DNA of 64,000 bases from positions 800,001 through 864,000 of the forward strand of contig CAWJPJ010000007.1 of assembly GCA_963844715.1 (NCBI GenBank). The letters run 5' to 3'. Positions within the stretch are counted from its first letter, which is position 1. Every line of letters begins with the position of its first letter. The DNA is from an uncultured Phycisphaerales bacterium. GTDB taxonomy: Bacteria; Planctomycetota; Phycisphaerae; Tepidisphaerales; Tepidisphaeraceae. Both the position numbers and the translations under genes were made by a program. Shown one piece after another: positions 55,768 to 64,000 of this stretch. The notes below the pieces were generated by a model that did not search any database, had not been told where the DNA came from, and saw only the letters and a list, made by a program, of their open reading frames with translations.

Positions 55768-56580
55768 AGGGGTCACTTCCCATTCTGTCCGCCGTTAGCC
55801 GGCGATTCGCGGGCCTGCTTCTCCCTCCTGCGCCTCTGTCGAGGCGACAGTGATTCCAAAGGACCAGCCCGCCGCCCGCGCCGATTCAAGGTCTGCTCCA
55901 CGCCCTGCGCCGCCGCCATTCGGCGCACCCAAGCCGTCGTGCCCAACGGCCGATCGCGAACCACGTGCTCGCGCATCCGCTTCAGCTCCGGCGCCTCCAT
56001 CGTCTCATTCACGAGCCCCAGCCAGTCCCGAGGCCTGGGCATCGGCCACTGCGCCAGCGGCGGAAGAGGTTGCCGATTCACTCGCTGATGCAAACTCGAC
56101 CAAGCCCACGCGTCCGCTCGCCGGCAAAGTCCCGCACGCAGCGGATTCGCTTCGACATATCGGCAGAGCGTGAGAAAATACGAATCTTCCTCAACGCAAA
56201 AATGCTTGTACCGTCCCTGATAAAGATGCCCGCTATCTTCGTCATGATGGGCATGATGCCGGCGGACATGCGTCACCGTAATCCATCGCATGAACTCCTG
56301 AAGCTGCCGTGCCCCGCGCGGACGCACCACCAGGTGCCAGTGATTCGGCATGATGCACCAGGCCAGCAGATCCACGCGATAACGCCGCAATCCTTCGACC
56401 AGGCAACCCAAAAACGCCTCATAATCCCCGGGCTTATCAAAGATCCGCATTCGCCTATTACCGCGGTTTAGCACGTGATAAACTACATCCGGAATGATTC
56501 GCCGCAGAGGTCGAGGCATGCGCCAAAACATAAACGAAACCCCGTCGTCGGTCAATTCGGGAAGTGACCCCTTTATGACC
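55760..56580 (-). mobile_element. HUH/Y1 transposase element with perfect 22-bp terminal inverted repeats, 821 bp
   Basis: GGTCATAAAGGGGTCACTTCCC at 55760-55781 and its exact reverse complement at 56559-56580. Confidence 0.85.
55773..56519 (-). CDS. Y1 tyrosine transposase (IS200-like / RAYT-like)
   Basis: MPR..R, YHVLNRGN, IMPNHWHL (HUH), GHLYQGRY, RYVEANPLRAGL, WSS. Confidence 0.92.
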   Translation of the reverse strand: MPRPLRRIIPDVVYHVLNRGNRRMRIFDKPGDYEAFLGCLVEGLRRYRVDLLAWCIMPNHWHLVVRPRGARQLQEFMRWITVTHVRRHHAHHDEDSGHLYQGRYKHFCVEEDSYFLTLCRYVEANPLRAGLCRRADAWAWSSLHQRVNRQPLPPLAQWPMPRPRDWLGLVNETMEAPELKRMREHVVRDRPLGTTAWVRRMAAAQGVEQTLNRRGRRAGPLESLSPRQRRRREKQARESPANGGQNGK

Positions 56581-56625
56581 TCATTTTTTGCTGTTTCTGC
56601 CCGGGGCTAAAATTCTGGCAATCAA

Positions 56626-57051
56626 ATGATGATCAATTTATTAAAGGACGGCACTAAGATACATCTGTGGGGTGTTGTACAGTCCCATTGGGGCATTGTG
56701 CGCAAGGATAAGCGACTTGGCCCGCTCGAGGGGAATGCCATGGACGCGAGAGCTCTTTTGGCCGATATGGCGCGGTCATTGATTCCTGCCTACTGGCCGC
56801 AAGCGCCGTTTCTGTTTATCGGCTTGGAGTCCGAATCGTTAGGACGCGACTTAAAGCAATTTAAATTGCCAAGATTTCTCGCCGTGGGCCTTTTCATCTG
56901 TAATGATCCCGTTAGCGATAAATCGAAGGAAGGTTCTTTCCTGTACGTTTCCTGGGAACAAGCGAAGCTAGAGCCCCAAATTAGCCCAGAGAATTATGAG
57001 GCGATCGTGAGTATAAGTTGGTCTTCACATGCGAGCGACTTCAGTTGGTAG
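56626..57051 (+). CDS. Hypothetical cargo protein, 141 aa
   Basis: Lower GC than its neighbours; fills the interval between repeat copies 2 and 3; TAAAAT upstream. Confidence 0.65.
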   Translation: MMINLLKDGTKIHLWGVVQSHWGIVRKDKRLGPLEGNAMDARALLADMARSLIPAYWPQAPFLFIGLESESLGRDLKQFKLPRFLAVGLFICNDPVSDKSKEGSFLYVSWEQAKLEPQISPENYEAIVSISWSSHASDFSW

Positions 57052-57069
57052 CGGGGCGGTATAAAAGGG

Positions 57070-57103
57070 CGGTCATAAGGGGGTCACTTCCCATTCTGAC
57101 CGC
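57070..57103 (+). repeat. Third copy of the Y1-element end
   Basis: cggtcataagggggtcacttcccattctgaccgc matches 55759-55792 at 32 of 34 bases. Confidence 0.9.
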
Positions 57104-57383
57104 GCATTGCGCTATCGCGTCCAAAAAGCTTTTAAGCGGCGTCCTTTCGCCGCTTACGGCGCGCTGTCATGGCACGTCGATCTATTGAGCCGTAACTCAA
57201 TCCCGCAGTCGCGGAGCCCCGCAGTCGCGGAATCTGTCCCCGCATCGCATCGCCCAAGATCTAATTATTATTCAACAACCAAACTCCCCATCCCCCCAAA
57301 CGCATCAAAAGTGTCAACTTTTGTCCGCGCTTTCCCCGCCAGCCCCAGTAATTTCTTCCATTTCTCTCTCAGCTTTCCCCGCC

Positions 57384-58202
57384 CTAATCCCCATTATCCT
57401 CATCCCCCGGCGTCCGTATCCGCAGGTTCCTCAAACTCGGCAATATCCCCCGCCCAGGCGCCATCAGGAACGCAATCAACTCATCCAACTCCGGAACCTG
57501 CGGCAGCTTCCTCATCGCCGCCAGGATGTCCGGAAGTGTCCGATGGGTGTGCATGGCATGGTACGCCGCCCGCAGTGAGACAATCGCCTGCCTCGACATC
57601 CCCGACCTGCGGCACCCGATCGCGTTGTACCCCTTCAACCCCCGATACCGAACCGCCCCGAACGGCGGAACATCATGGCTCAGCGCTTCGTTACCCGCGA
57701 TCATGACCAGCCGTCCAATGCGGCAATACTGATGGATCGCCGATCCGCCTCCCAAAAACGCCCGGTCGCCGACAGACACATGCCCGCCCAGCAGCACGGC
57801 GTTGGCCATGATCACATCGTTTCCCACGTTGCAATCGTGTCCGACATGGGCGGCCACCATCAGCATGCATCGATCGCCGACCCGCGTCGCGTGGTCGCCG
57901 TCCGGATAAATGGATCGATGGACCGACGCCGTTTCTCGGATGATGACGTCGTCCCCGATGATCAGGCGCACCCCCACTCCGTCGTGCTTCAGATGCTGCG
58001 GCGCGAGCCCGATATACGCAGCCGGTCCTATTTTGCAATTCTTCCCGGTCTGGGTGTTCCCATGAATATGGGTGTGCTCGTGAACGATGGTCCCCGCACC
58101 AGGCGTACGCCCGCCTTGATGATGCAGTACGCCGCCGATCCGAACATCATCGGCAAGCTCAGCTTTTGGATCGACAATCGCGGTAGGGTGAATTTCTCTC
58201 AT
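57384..58202 (-). CDS. lpxA: Acyl-ACP--UDP-N-acetylglucosamine O-acyltransferase
   Basis: IHPTAIVDP, IRE..SVHR, AHVGHDC, LGGHV, IHQYCRIG, HDVPP. Confidence 0.9.
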   Translation of the reverse strand: MREIHPTAIVDPKAELADDVRIGGVLHHQGGRTPGAGTIVHEHTHIHGNTQTGKNCKIGPAAYIGLAPQHLKHDGVGVRLIIGDDVIIRETASVHRSIYPDGDHATRVGDRCMLMVAAHVGHDCNVGNDVIMANAVLLGGHVSVGDRAFLGGGSAIHQYCRIGRLVMIAGNEALSHDVPPFGAVRYRGLKGYNAIGCRRSGMSRQAIVSLRAAYHAMHTHRTLPDILAAMRKLPQVPELDELIAFLMAPGRGILPSLRNLRIRTPGDEDNGD

Positions 58203-58348
58203 CAAATCCCTGCCACGGGGGTAAGAACGCCCAAGTCGCGGGAGGGTTGATTTTAAACGCCAGTGGCGTTTCCCACAATTGCTGTACCGGGCGCGAATAA
58301 TCCGGTAAAAATGACCCGCAAGCACCAACAAGAAGGAGAAAACCGTCA

Positions 58349-59536
58349 ATGGAGATCGGGCTTTGGGCCATGCTCGGCGGGGCGATGCTGCTTCTCCGCG
58401 CGGGTCTGGCGATCTATCTCTGCGGGGCCAGCCGATCCAAAAATGCCCTCTCCACGATTTTCCGCTCGATCGCGGAATTGGCCGTGGGGATTCTCGCCTT
58501 CTGGGCCATCGGCGACGCCATCGACCGGCACGCCCCCGGCGCCATGTTTTTCCGCTACCCGCCACCAGCGCGTCCACGCTTTTTGTCGCGATGGTCTGTA
58601 TTTTCGCCGCCGGCCTCGCCGTCGCCCCCACCATCGAGCGCAGTCGCGCCCGTCGTCTCCATGCTCGGCGCGTTTCTCTGGGCCGGAATTGTCACGCCGC
58701 TCGCCTGGCATCACGCCTGGGATGGATGGCTGCACCGCGTCGGATTTGTCGATTGCGCCGGCAGTTGCTTCGTTCATTTTTCCGCGGCCATGGCGGCGCT
58801 GGCGGGCGTGATTTTCATCGGGCCACGCCAGGGAAAATACAATCGCGACGGCTCGACGAACGTTTTGCTCGGCCATCACGGCGTCTCAACGTCCATCGGT
58901 TTGCTCCTCATGCTGGCGATCTGGCCGATCTATGTCGTCGGCTGCGCTCTGTTACACGGCGCGGGAGATGAAGCCGCGAGCGCCGCGGCGTTCAACACCA
59001 TCCTCGCCGGTTCCGCGGGAGCGGCACTGGCGATGATTTTCACGGAAATACGATTCCGCAAACTCGACGTCCTGCTGATCTATTTCGGATTGCTCGGAGG
59101 ACTGACGGCCGTCACCGGCGGGGCGGATCAGTTTTCCTCACCCCAGGCCGCCCTGGTCGGAGCCTTGGCCGGCGTGATCGCGCCGTGGGCGGCGATGCGG
59201 CTCGATTTAGTCTGGAAAATCGACGACCCAAGCGGCTTCATCGCCGTCTGCACCACAGGTGGAATCATCGGAACCCTGGCAACCGCATTGCTTTCGCCCG
59301 GGCAACCGGACGAGCGGATTCACCTGCTCGGCGTGCAATGCGTAGGGCTTACGGCGATCGGCGCGATCAGTTTCGCCATCAGCGCGGCCGCGATGCTCGC
59401 GCTGAAATCACTCGGCCGTCTTCGCGTATCGGATGCCGATGAATTCGACGGCCTCGATCTGGCCGAGCACGACATGAACGCCTATCCCGATTTTCAGCAG
59501 ACCACGATCAAGAGCTATCACACCCGGGAAATCTGA
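58349..59536 (+). CDS. amt: Ammonium transporter family protein (divergent)
   Basis: GWL...GFVDCAGSCFVH, GPRQGKY, KIDDP, DEFDGLDLAEH; local compensating indels at about 58550-58650. Confidence 0.85.
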   Translation: MEIGLWAMLGGAMLLLRAGLAIYLCGASRSKNALSTIFRSIAELAVGILAFWAIGDAIDRHAPGAMFFRYPPPARPRFLSRWSVFSPPASPSPPPSSAVAPVVSMLGAFLWAGIVTPLAWHHAWDGWLHRVGFVDCAGSCFVHFSAAMAALAGVIFIGPRQGKYNRDGSTNVLLGHHGVSTSIGLLLMLAIWPIYVVGCALLHGAGDEAASAAAFNTILAGSAGAALAMIFTEIRFRKLDVLLIYFGLLGGLTAVTGGADQFSSPQAALVGALAGVIAPWAAMRLDLVWKIDDPSGFIAVCTTGGIIGTLATALLSPGQPDERIHLLGVQCVGLTAIGAISFAISAAAMLALKSLGRLRVSDADEFDGLDLAEHDMNAYPDFQQTTIKSYHTREI

Positions 59537-59550
59537 CGCAAAGATTTTTT

Positions 59551-59663
59551 GCCACAGATTTAAATCAGATGAACACGGATTGGATTTCACTGGCAACTAA
59601 CAACTAGCGACTAGCAACCAGCATTTTGTTCTTATCTGTGTCCATCTGATTTCCATCTGTGGC
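59551..59663. repeat. Family B palindromic element with heptamer run in the loop
   Basis: gccacagatttaaatcagatgaacacggat ... (caactag)n ... atctgtgtccatctgatttccatctgtggc. Confidence 0.8.
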
Positions 59664-59667
59664 TAAT

Positions 59668-60791
59668 CTAATCTCCCATCGCGTCAAGGATCTTGGGGAT
59701 TTGGTTTTCCCATCGCAGGTTTTGCATCGCCTTCACGCCGGCCGCGGCGCGGCGGCGGGCTTCTTCTCTGTTTTGATAAATCTCTTCCAGCCTCTGGACG
59801 ATTTCGTCGACGGATGATTCGCCCCATCCTTCCACATTGGGGAAGAACGTCGTCGGGCGGACCGGTTTTTGCGATTTCAGCGGATAGCAGATTTCGTCGG
59901 AGATGATGTCCAGATGTCCGGTGTTGGCCGAAAGGATGGTCGGCACACCGCAGGCGAGGCATTCCATCGCGGTGAAATTCGTCGCCCCTTCGCAGCGGCT
60001 CGGGAAAATCGCGGCGTCCATCTCGCGCAAAAGCGGCGGCAGGTGCCAGTTCAACGGCATCCCAAGGTCCAGGAACAGGGGCAGGCCGTGCTTGTGCAGC
60101 CACGGGGCGAAGTCAATTTTGCCGTCGGAGTGGACCGCTGGCGGGCCGTCGACGAGCCCGCCGGTGGCGATTTCCGTCATGGTCAGAGGCCACGCATTGT
60201 GCCAGGCGAAGACCAGAATCGTTTCCGGATGCCGCTGTCGGAAAGCCCGCACGGCCGCGACAACCAGGTCCTGACCTTTGCGGTATTCGAGTTTTCCCCC
60301 CGAGAAAATGAGAAAATGGTTTTCCCAAAGTCCGGAACGCTCGCCGGGCGAGAAGAGGGAGGTATCGACGCCCTGAAGCACAACATGGGGATTCGCGATG
60401 CCATGCGCCCGCAGAATTTTGGCGTTAAATTCCGATCCGGTGATCCAGGTGCGGATGTTTCGGGTTCTTTCCAACCCGCCGGGATTGATGCGGGAATTTT
60501 CGAAGACCGTGATCGCGGCGTTGTGGCTCGACTTGGCCTTGGCGAGCTGCTCGCCCCCTCGAGGTGATTGGTCAGATTGGTAATGATCGGGCAATCCAGC
60601 GGCGCGGGTCGCGCCGGAGCCTGCACCGCCATCGAAAATGCCCCCTGAAGCGGCGACAGCGAACCCCAATCCGGCAGGCGGACAAGAAGCGGCCCAACCC
60701 CTTCGGCTGCGCACTGCAGTGCAAGGTTCAACCCGTAAACCCCCCAGCCGGTGCGGGAGTCGATCTGAATGTCGATGGCAAGATGGTTCAT
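59668..60791 (-). CDS. GT4 glycosyltransferase, frameshifted near 60560
   Basis: GWGVYG N-terminus; [30 protein letters not shown]. Confidence 0.85.
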
Positions 60792-60827
60792 GGTGGCGGC
60801 CATTATGAACGAGCAGCGCACCCGGAC

Positions 60828-60946
60828 AAACCCGAATGACGAAACCCGAAATCCGAATCAAATCCGAAATCCGAATGAGCGACAGCCTTCGGTCATTCGG
60901 ACATTTTGGTTTGATTCTGGTTTCGGGTTTCGTCATTCGGCTTTCT
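60828..60946. repeat. Heptamer-periodic palindromic repeat, family A copy 4
   Basis: aaacccgaatgacgaaacccgaaatccgaatcaaa ... tttgattctggtttcgggtttcgtcattcgg. Confidence 0.85.
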
Positions 60947-60969
60947 CCTTGGTATATTCCCACCCCCTT

Positions 60970-62067
60970 ATGGCTCTAGAAGTCGGCATCGTCGGTCTCC
61001 CCAACGTGGGCAAAAGCACCATCTTCAACGCCCTCACCGCGGCAGGGGCGCTGGCGGCCAATTACCCTTTCGCAACCATCGAACCCAACGTCGGCGTCGT
61101 CTCCGTCCCCGACGAACGCCTCAAGATCATCAACCAGTTTCAGGAAACCGAAAAAATCATCGCCGCCGCCCTGCGCATCGTCGATATCGCGGGAATCGTC
61201 CGCGGCGCGAGCACGGGGGAGGGATTGGGGAACAAGTTCCTTTCGCATATCCGGGAAGTGGATGCGATTCTGCATGTCGTGCGCTGCTTCGCCGGGACGG
61301 ATATCCTGCACGTCGAGGGATCGGTCGATCCCATCCGCGACATCGAAACCATCGACACCGAACTGGCCCTGGCCGATTTGGAAACGGTCTCCGCCTCGCT
61401 CGATAAAACCGAGCGCCTGGCCCGCAGCGGCGACAAGGACGCCGCCGCCCGCGTCGAAGTCCTGAAAAAATGCCGCGGCGGTTTTGGATCAGGCCAAACC
61501 CGTCCGCTCGCTCGAGCTTCATTCCGACGAGAAAAAAAATCCTGCGCAGGGTTGGGCTTGATCACCGCCAAACAGGTTCTCTATGTGGCGAATGTCGAGG
61601 AATCGGATTTATCGGGGACCGGACCGCTAGTTCAGAAAGTGCGCGAGCGGGCCAAAACTGAAGAGGGCGCGGTCGTCCCGGTTTGCGGGAAGCTCGAAGC
61701 GGAACTCGCGGAACTGCCCGAGGCGGACCGACTCGAGATGCTGGCCGGTCTGGGCCTGAAAGAACCCGCCCTGGCAACCCTGGCCCGCGAGGCGTATCGT
61801 CTGCTGGGTCTGCAAAGTTATTTCACCTCAGGCCCCGACGAAATCCGCGCCTGGACAATCCCCGTCGGCGCCACGGCCCCGCAAGCCGCCGGCGTCATCC
61901 ACACCGATTTTGAAAAAGGTTTCATCCGCGCCGAGGTGTACACGCTGGATGACCTGAAGCAGTACAAAACCGAGCCGGCGATCAAATCAGCCGGAAAAAT
62001 GCGGGCCGAGGGGAAAACCTACGTGGTGCACGATGGGGATATTATCCACTTCTTGTTCAGCAGTTGA
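60970..62067 (+). CDS. ychF: Redox-regulated ATPase YchF
   Basis: [46 protein letters not shown]. Confidence 0.97.
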   Translation: MALEVGIVGLPNVGKSTIFNALTAAGALAANYPFATIEPNVGVVSVPDERLKIINQFQETEKIIAAALRIVDIAGIVRGASTGEGLGNKFLSHIREVDAILHVVRCFAGTDILHVEGSVDPIRDIETIDTELALADLETVSASLDKTERLARSGDKDAAARVEVLKKCRGGFGSGQTRPLARASFRREKKSCAGLGLITAKQVLYVANVEESDLSGTGPLVQKVRERAKTEEGAVVPVCGKLEAELAELPEADRLEMLAGLGLKEPALATLAREAYRLLGLQSYFTSGPDEIRAWTIPVGATAPQAAGVIHTDFEKGFIRAEVYTLDDLKQYKTEPAIKSAGKMRAEGKTYVVHDGDIIHFLFSS

Positions 62068-62194
62068 TAAACAGAAATCATGAACCATGAACGGGAAACG
62101 GGGGTCGGTGGACGATCCGCAGCGGCTCTAGTAGGATCGGCCCGGGAATCGATTCAAAGCGATCCGGTTGGATATTTAAGTGAACGGCCACGCA

Positions 62195-63601
62195 ATGAGG
62201 CATTTTGATTTAGTTGTGATCGGGACCGGTCCGGCCGGCCAAAAGGCGGCGATTCAGGCGGCGAAGCTCGGCAAGAAAGTCGCCATCATCGAAAAAAATA
62301 ACGTCCTCGGCGGCGCTTCGATCAATACCGGCACCATCCCATCCAAGGCTCTGCGCGAAGCCGTGCTGCATCTCACCGGCGTGGGTAAACGCGGCCTCTT
62401 CGGCGAAAGCTATCGGGTCAAGCGGAACATCACCATCGCGGACCTGATTTATGTCAGCCAGCAGGTGGTGCATCACGAACTCGATCTCATCCGCGACCAC
62501 CTCGAGCGGAACAATATCGAATTGATCTGGGGGGCGGCCCGGTTCGATCAGCCTAAGACGCTTTTCGTGGATCGGCAGGAAGATTTCGAAGTGGTGACGG
62601 GCGACATCATCGTGATCGCCACGGGAACCCGCCCCGCGCGGCCGGCGAGTGTGCCATTCGATGACAAGACGATTTTCACCTCCGACGGGCTTCTCGGCCT
62701 CGACCACATTCCCAAAACCATTATCGTCGTCGGCGGCGGTGTCATCGGAACCGAATATGCCTGCATGATGTCGGCTCTAGGCGTCAAAGTGACGCTCGTC
62801 GAAGGCAGGCACGAAGTTCTGGGCTTCCTCGATCATGAAGTGACCGAAGCGTTTCAATATTCCATGCGCCGCATGGGCATGACGCTTCGGCTCGGGGAAA
62901 AAGTCGCCAAGATCGAACACATTTGCGAGGAGAACGACGTCAGCGGCGCGTGCGTGCAGGCAACCCTGGAGAGCGGGAAAACACTCCGGGCGCAGTGCCT
63001 GCTCTACGCGGTAGGGCGGCAGGGGACGACATCGTCGCTGCAACTCGATCGCGCGGGTTTGCAGGCCGACGATCGCGAGCGATTGAAGGTGAACGAGCAT
63101 TACCAGACCGCCGTGCCGCACATTTATGCGGCGGGAGACGTGATCGGTTTTCCCGCCCTGGCGAGCACAGCCATGGAACAGGGGCGCTTGGCCGTGTGTC
63201 ATGCATTCGGAATCCCGACGCACAGCATCCCCGAACTCTTTCCCTATGGCATCTACGCGATTCCGGAAATCTCGATGGTGGGAAAGACGGAAGATCAACT
63301 TACCCAGGCCGGCATCCCCTACGAAGCGGGGATCGCGCAATATCGCGAACTGGCGCACGGGCAACTATTGGGTGACACGGAGGGAATGCTCAAGCTCCTG
63401 ATTCATCAGGAGAATTTGCAAATCCTCGGCGTTCACGTGATCGGCACGGGGGCGACGGAGCTGATCCACATCGGGCAAGCCGTGATGGCGCTTCAGGGGA
63501 CCGTGGAATACTTCATCAACAGCGTTTTCAATTACCCAACGCTGGCCGAGGCTTACAAAGTTGCGGCGCTGAATGGGATTAACAAGCTACGGCACGTTTA
63601 G
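62195..63601 (+). CDS. sthA: Soluble pyridine nucleotide transhydrogenase
   Basis: GPAGQKAAIQAAK, NTGTIPSK without a CxxxxC, GFPALAS, FNYPTLAEAYKVAALN. Confidence 0.9.
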   Translation: MRHFDLVVIGTGPAGQKAAIQAAKLGKKVAIIEKNNVLGGASINTGTIPSKALREAVLHLTGVGKRGLFGESYRVKRNITIADLIYVSQQVVHHELDLIRDHLERNNIELIWGAARFDQPKTLFVDRQEDFEVVTGDIIVIATGTRPARPASVPFDDKTIFTSDGLLGLDHIPKTIIVVGGGVIGTEYACMMSALGVKVTLVEGRHEVLGFLDHEVTEAFQYSMRRMGMTLRLGEKVAKIEHICEENDVSGACVQATLESGKTLRAQCLLYAVGRQGTTSSLQLDRAGLQADDRERLKVNEHYQTAVPHIYAAGDVIGFPALASTAMEQGRLAVCHAFGIPTHSIPELFPYGIYAIPEISMVGKTEDQLTQAGIPYEAGIAQYRELAHGQLLGDTEGMLKLLIHQENLQILGVHVIGTGATELIHIGQAVMALQGTVEYFINSVFNYPTLAEAYKVAALNGINKLRHV

Positions 63602-64000
63602 TTGCGGCCGCGTAGTAGGGACCGGCCGGGGGACATCGGACCGGTGATCGTTCAACGCGCCGGCAAGCAGCCAGCCGCCCCAGAGCCCGGCGACGATTGC
63701 CGCCAACCGGACCACAAATCTCAATTTCCTGCTCTTCACGAGATGCAGTATAACCGGCGGGGCAATCTGCCAAAGTTGGCGCTGCGGGGCGGGTTTTGAT
63801 CCGCAAGCTGCCAGCCTGACAGGAAGCGGCGCAGAAATCTCCCAGGATCGACGGATTATAAGTCGTTCAAATTAAACAAGTAAGGGTAGATCCGTTCGGC
63901 TCGGATAGCGCGGCATTGGCTTTGTTTAGGGGAACTATGACGTCGGGCGCGGGTTCCCCCGTCCGAGCGAGTATCAATTTCAGAAAAGAAATGAGGAGAT

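Noticed and set aside
63602..64000. Possible ncRNA after sthA
   Set aside because: No recognisable RNA family or terminator; likely the promoter/leader of the next gene (RBS aggag at the window end)

Overview
A 64-kb GC-rich bacterial chromosome segment, most likely Planctomycetota (Phycisphaerae/Tepidisphaerales-like). This is inferred from a CxxCGYDLRATPDRCPECG zinc-ribbon protein, a PEP-CTERM protein, a XylR-type regulator and murC-murB-ddl without adjacent fts genes. Most of it is housekeeping and envelope genes: proA, dsbD, rpsA, a sigma-70 factor, glf with a GT2, pyrK/pyrD, pgi, sppA, lptD-like, murC/murB/ddl, psd/pssA, a DnaJ-class chaperone, infA, a two-component pair, rimO, folC, aroC, apt, lpxA, amt, ychF and sthA. 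Roughly 20 genes, including essential ones, carry single-base indels, which points to long-read consensus errors rather than pseudogenes. Accessory elements are: a small HTH/GNAT-toxin/Mrr island; an IS5-family element next to a highly structured 275-bp MITE; a solitary NERD-like nuclease gene; several families of periodic palindromic intergenic repeats; and a candidate small RNA of about 90 nt upstream of pyrK. The most unusual element is an HUH/Y1 (RAYT-like) transposase bounded by perfect 22-bp non-palindromic inverted repeats. It truncates an OGT-like gene and, with a third repeat copy, brackets a cassette-like cargo gene. No rRNA, tRNA or CRISPR array was recognised. All family assignments come from motif recognition by eye, not database searches.
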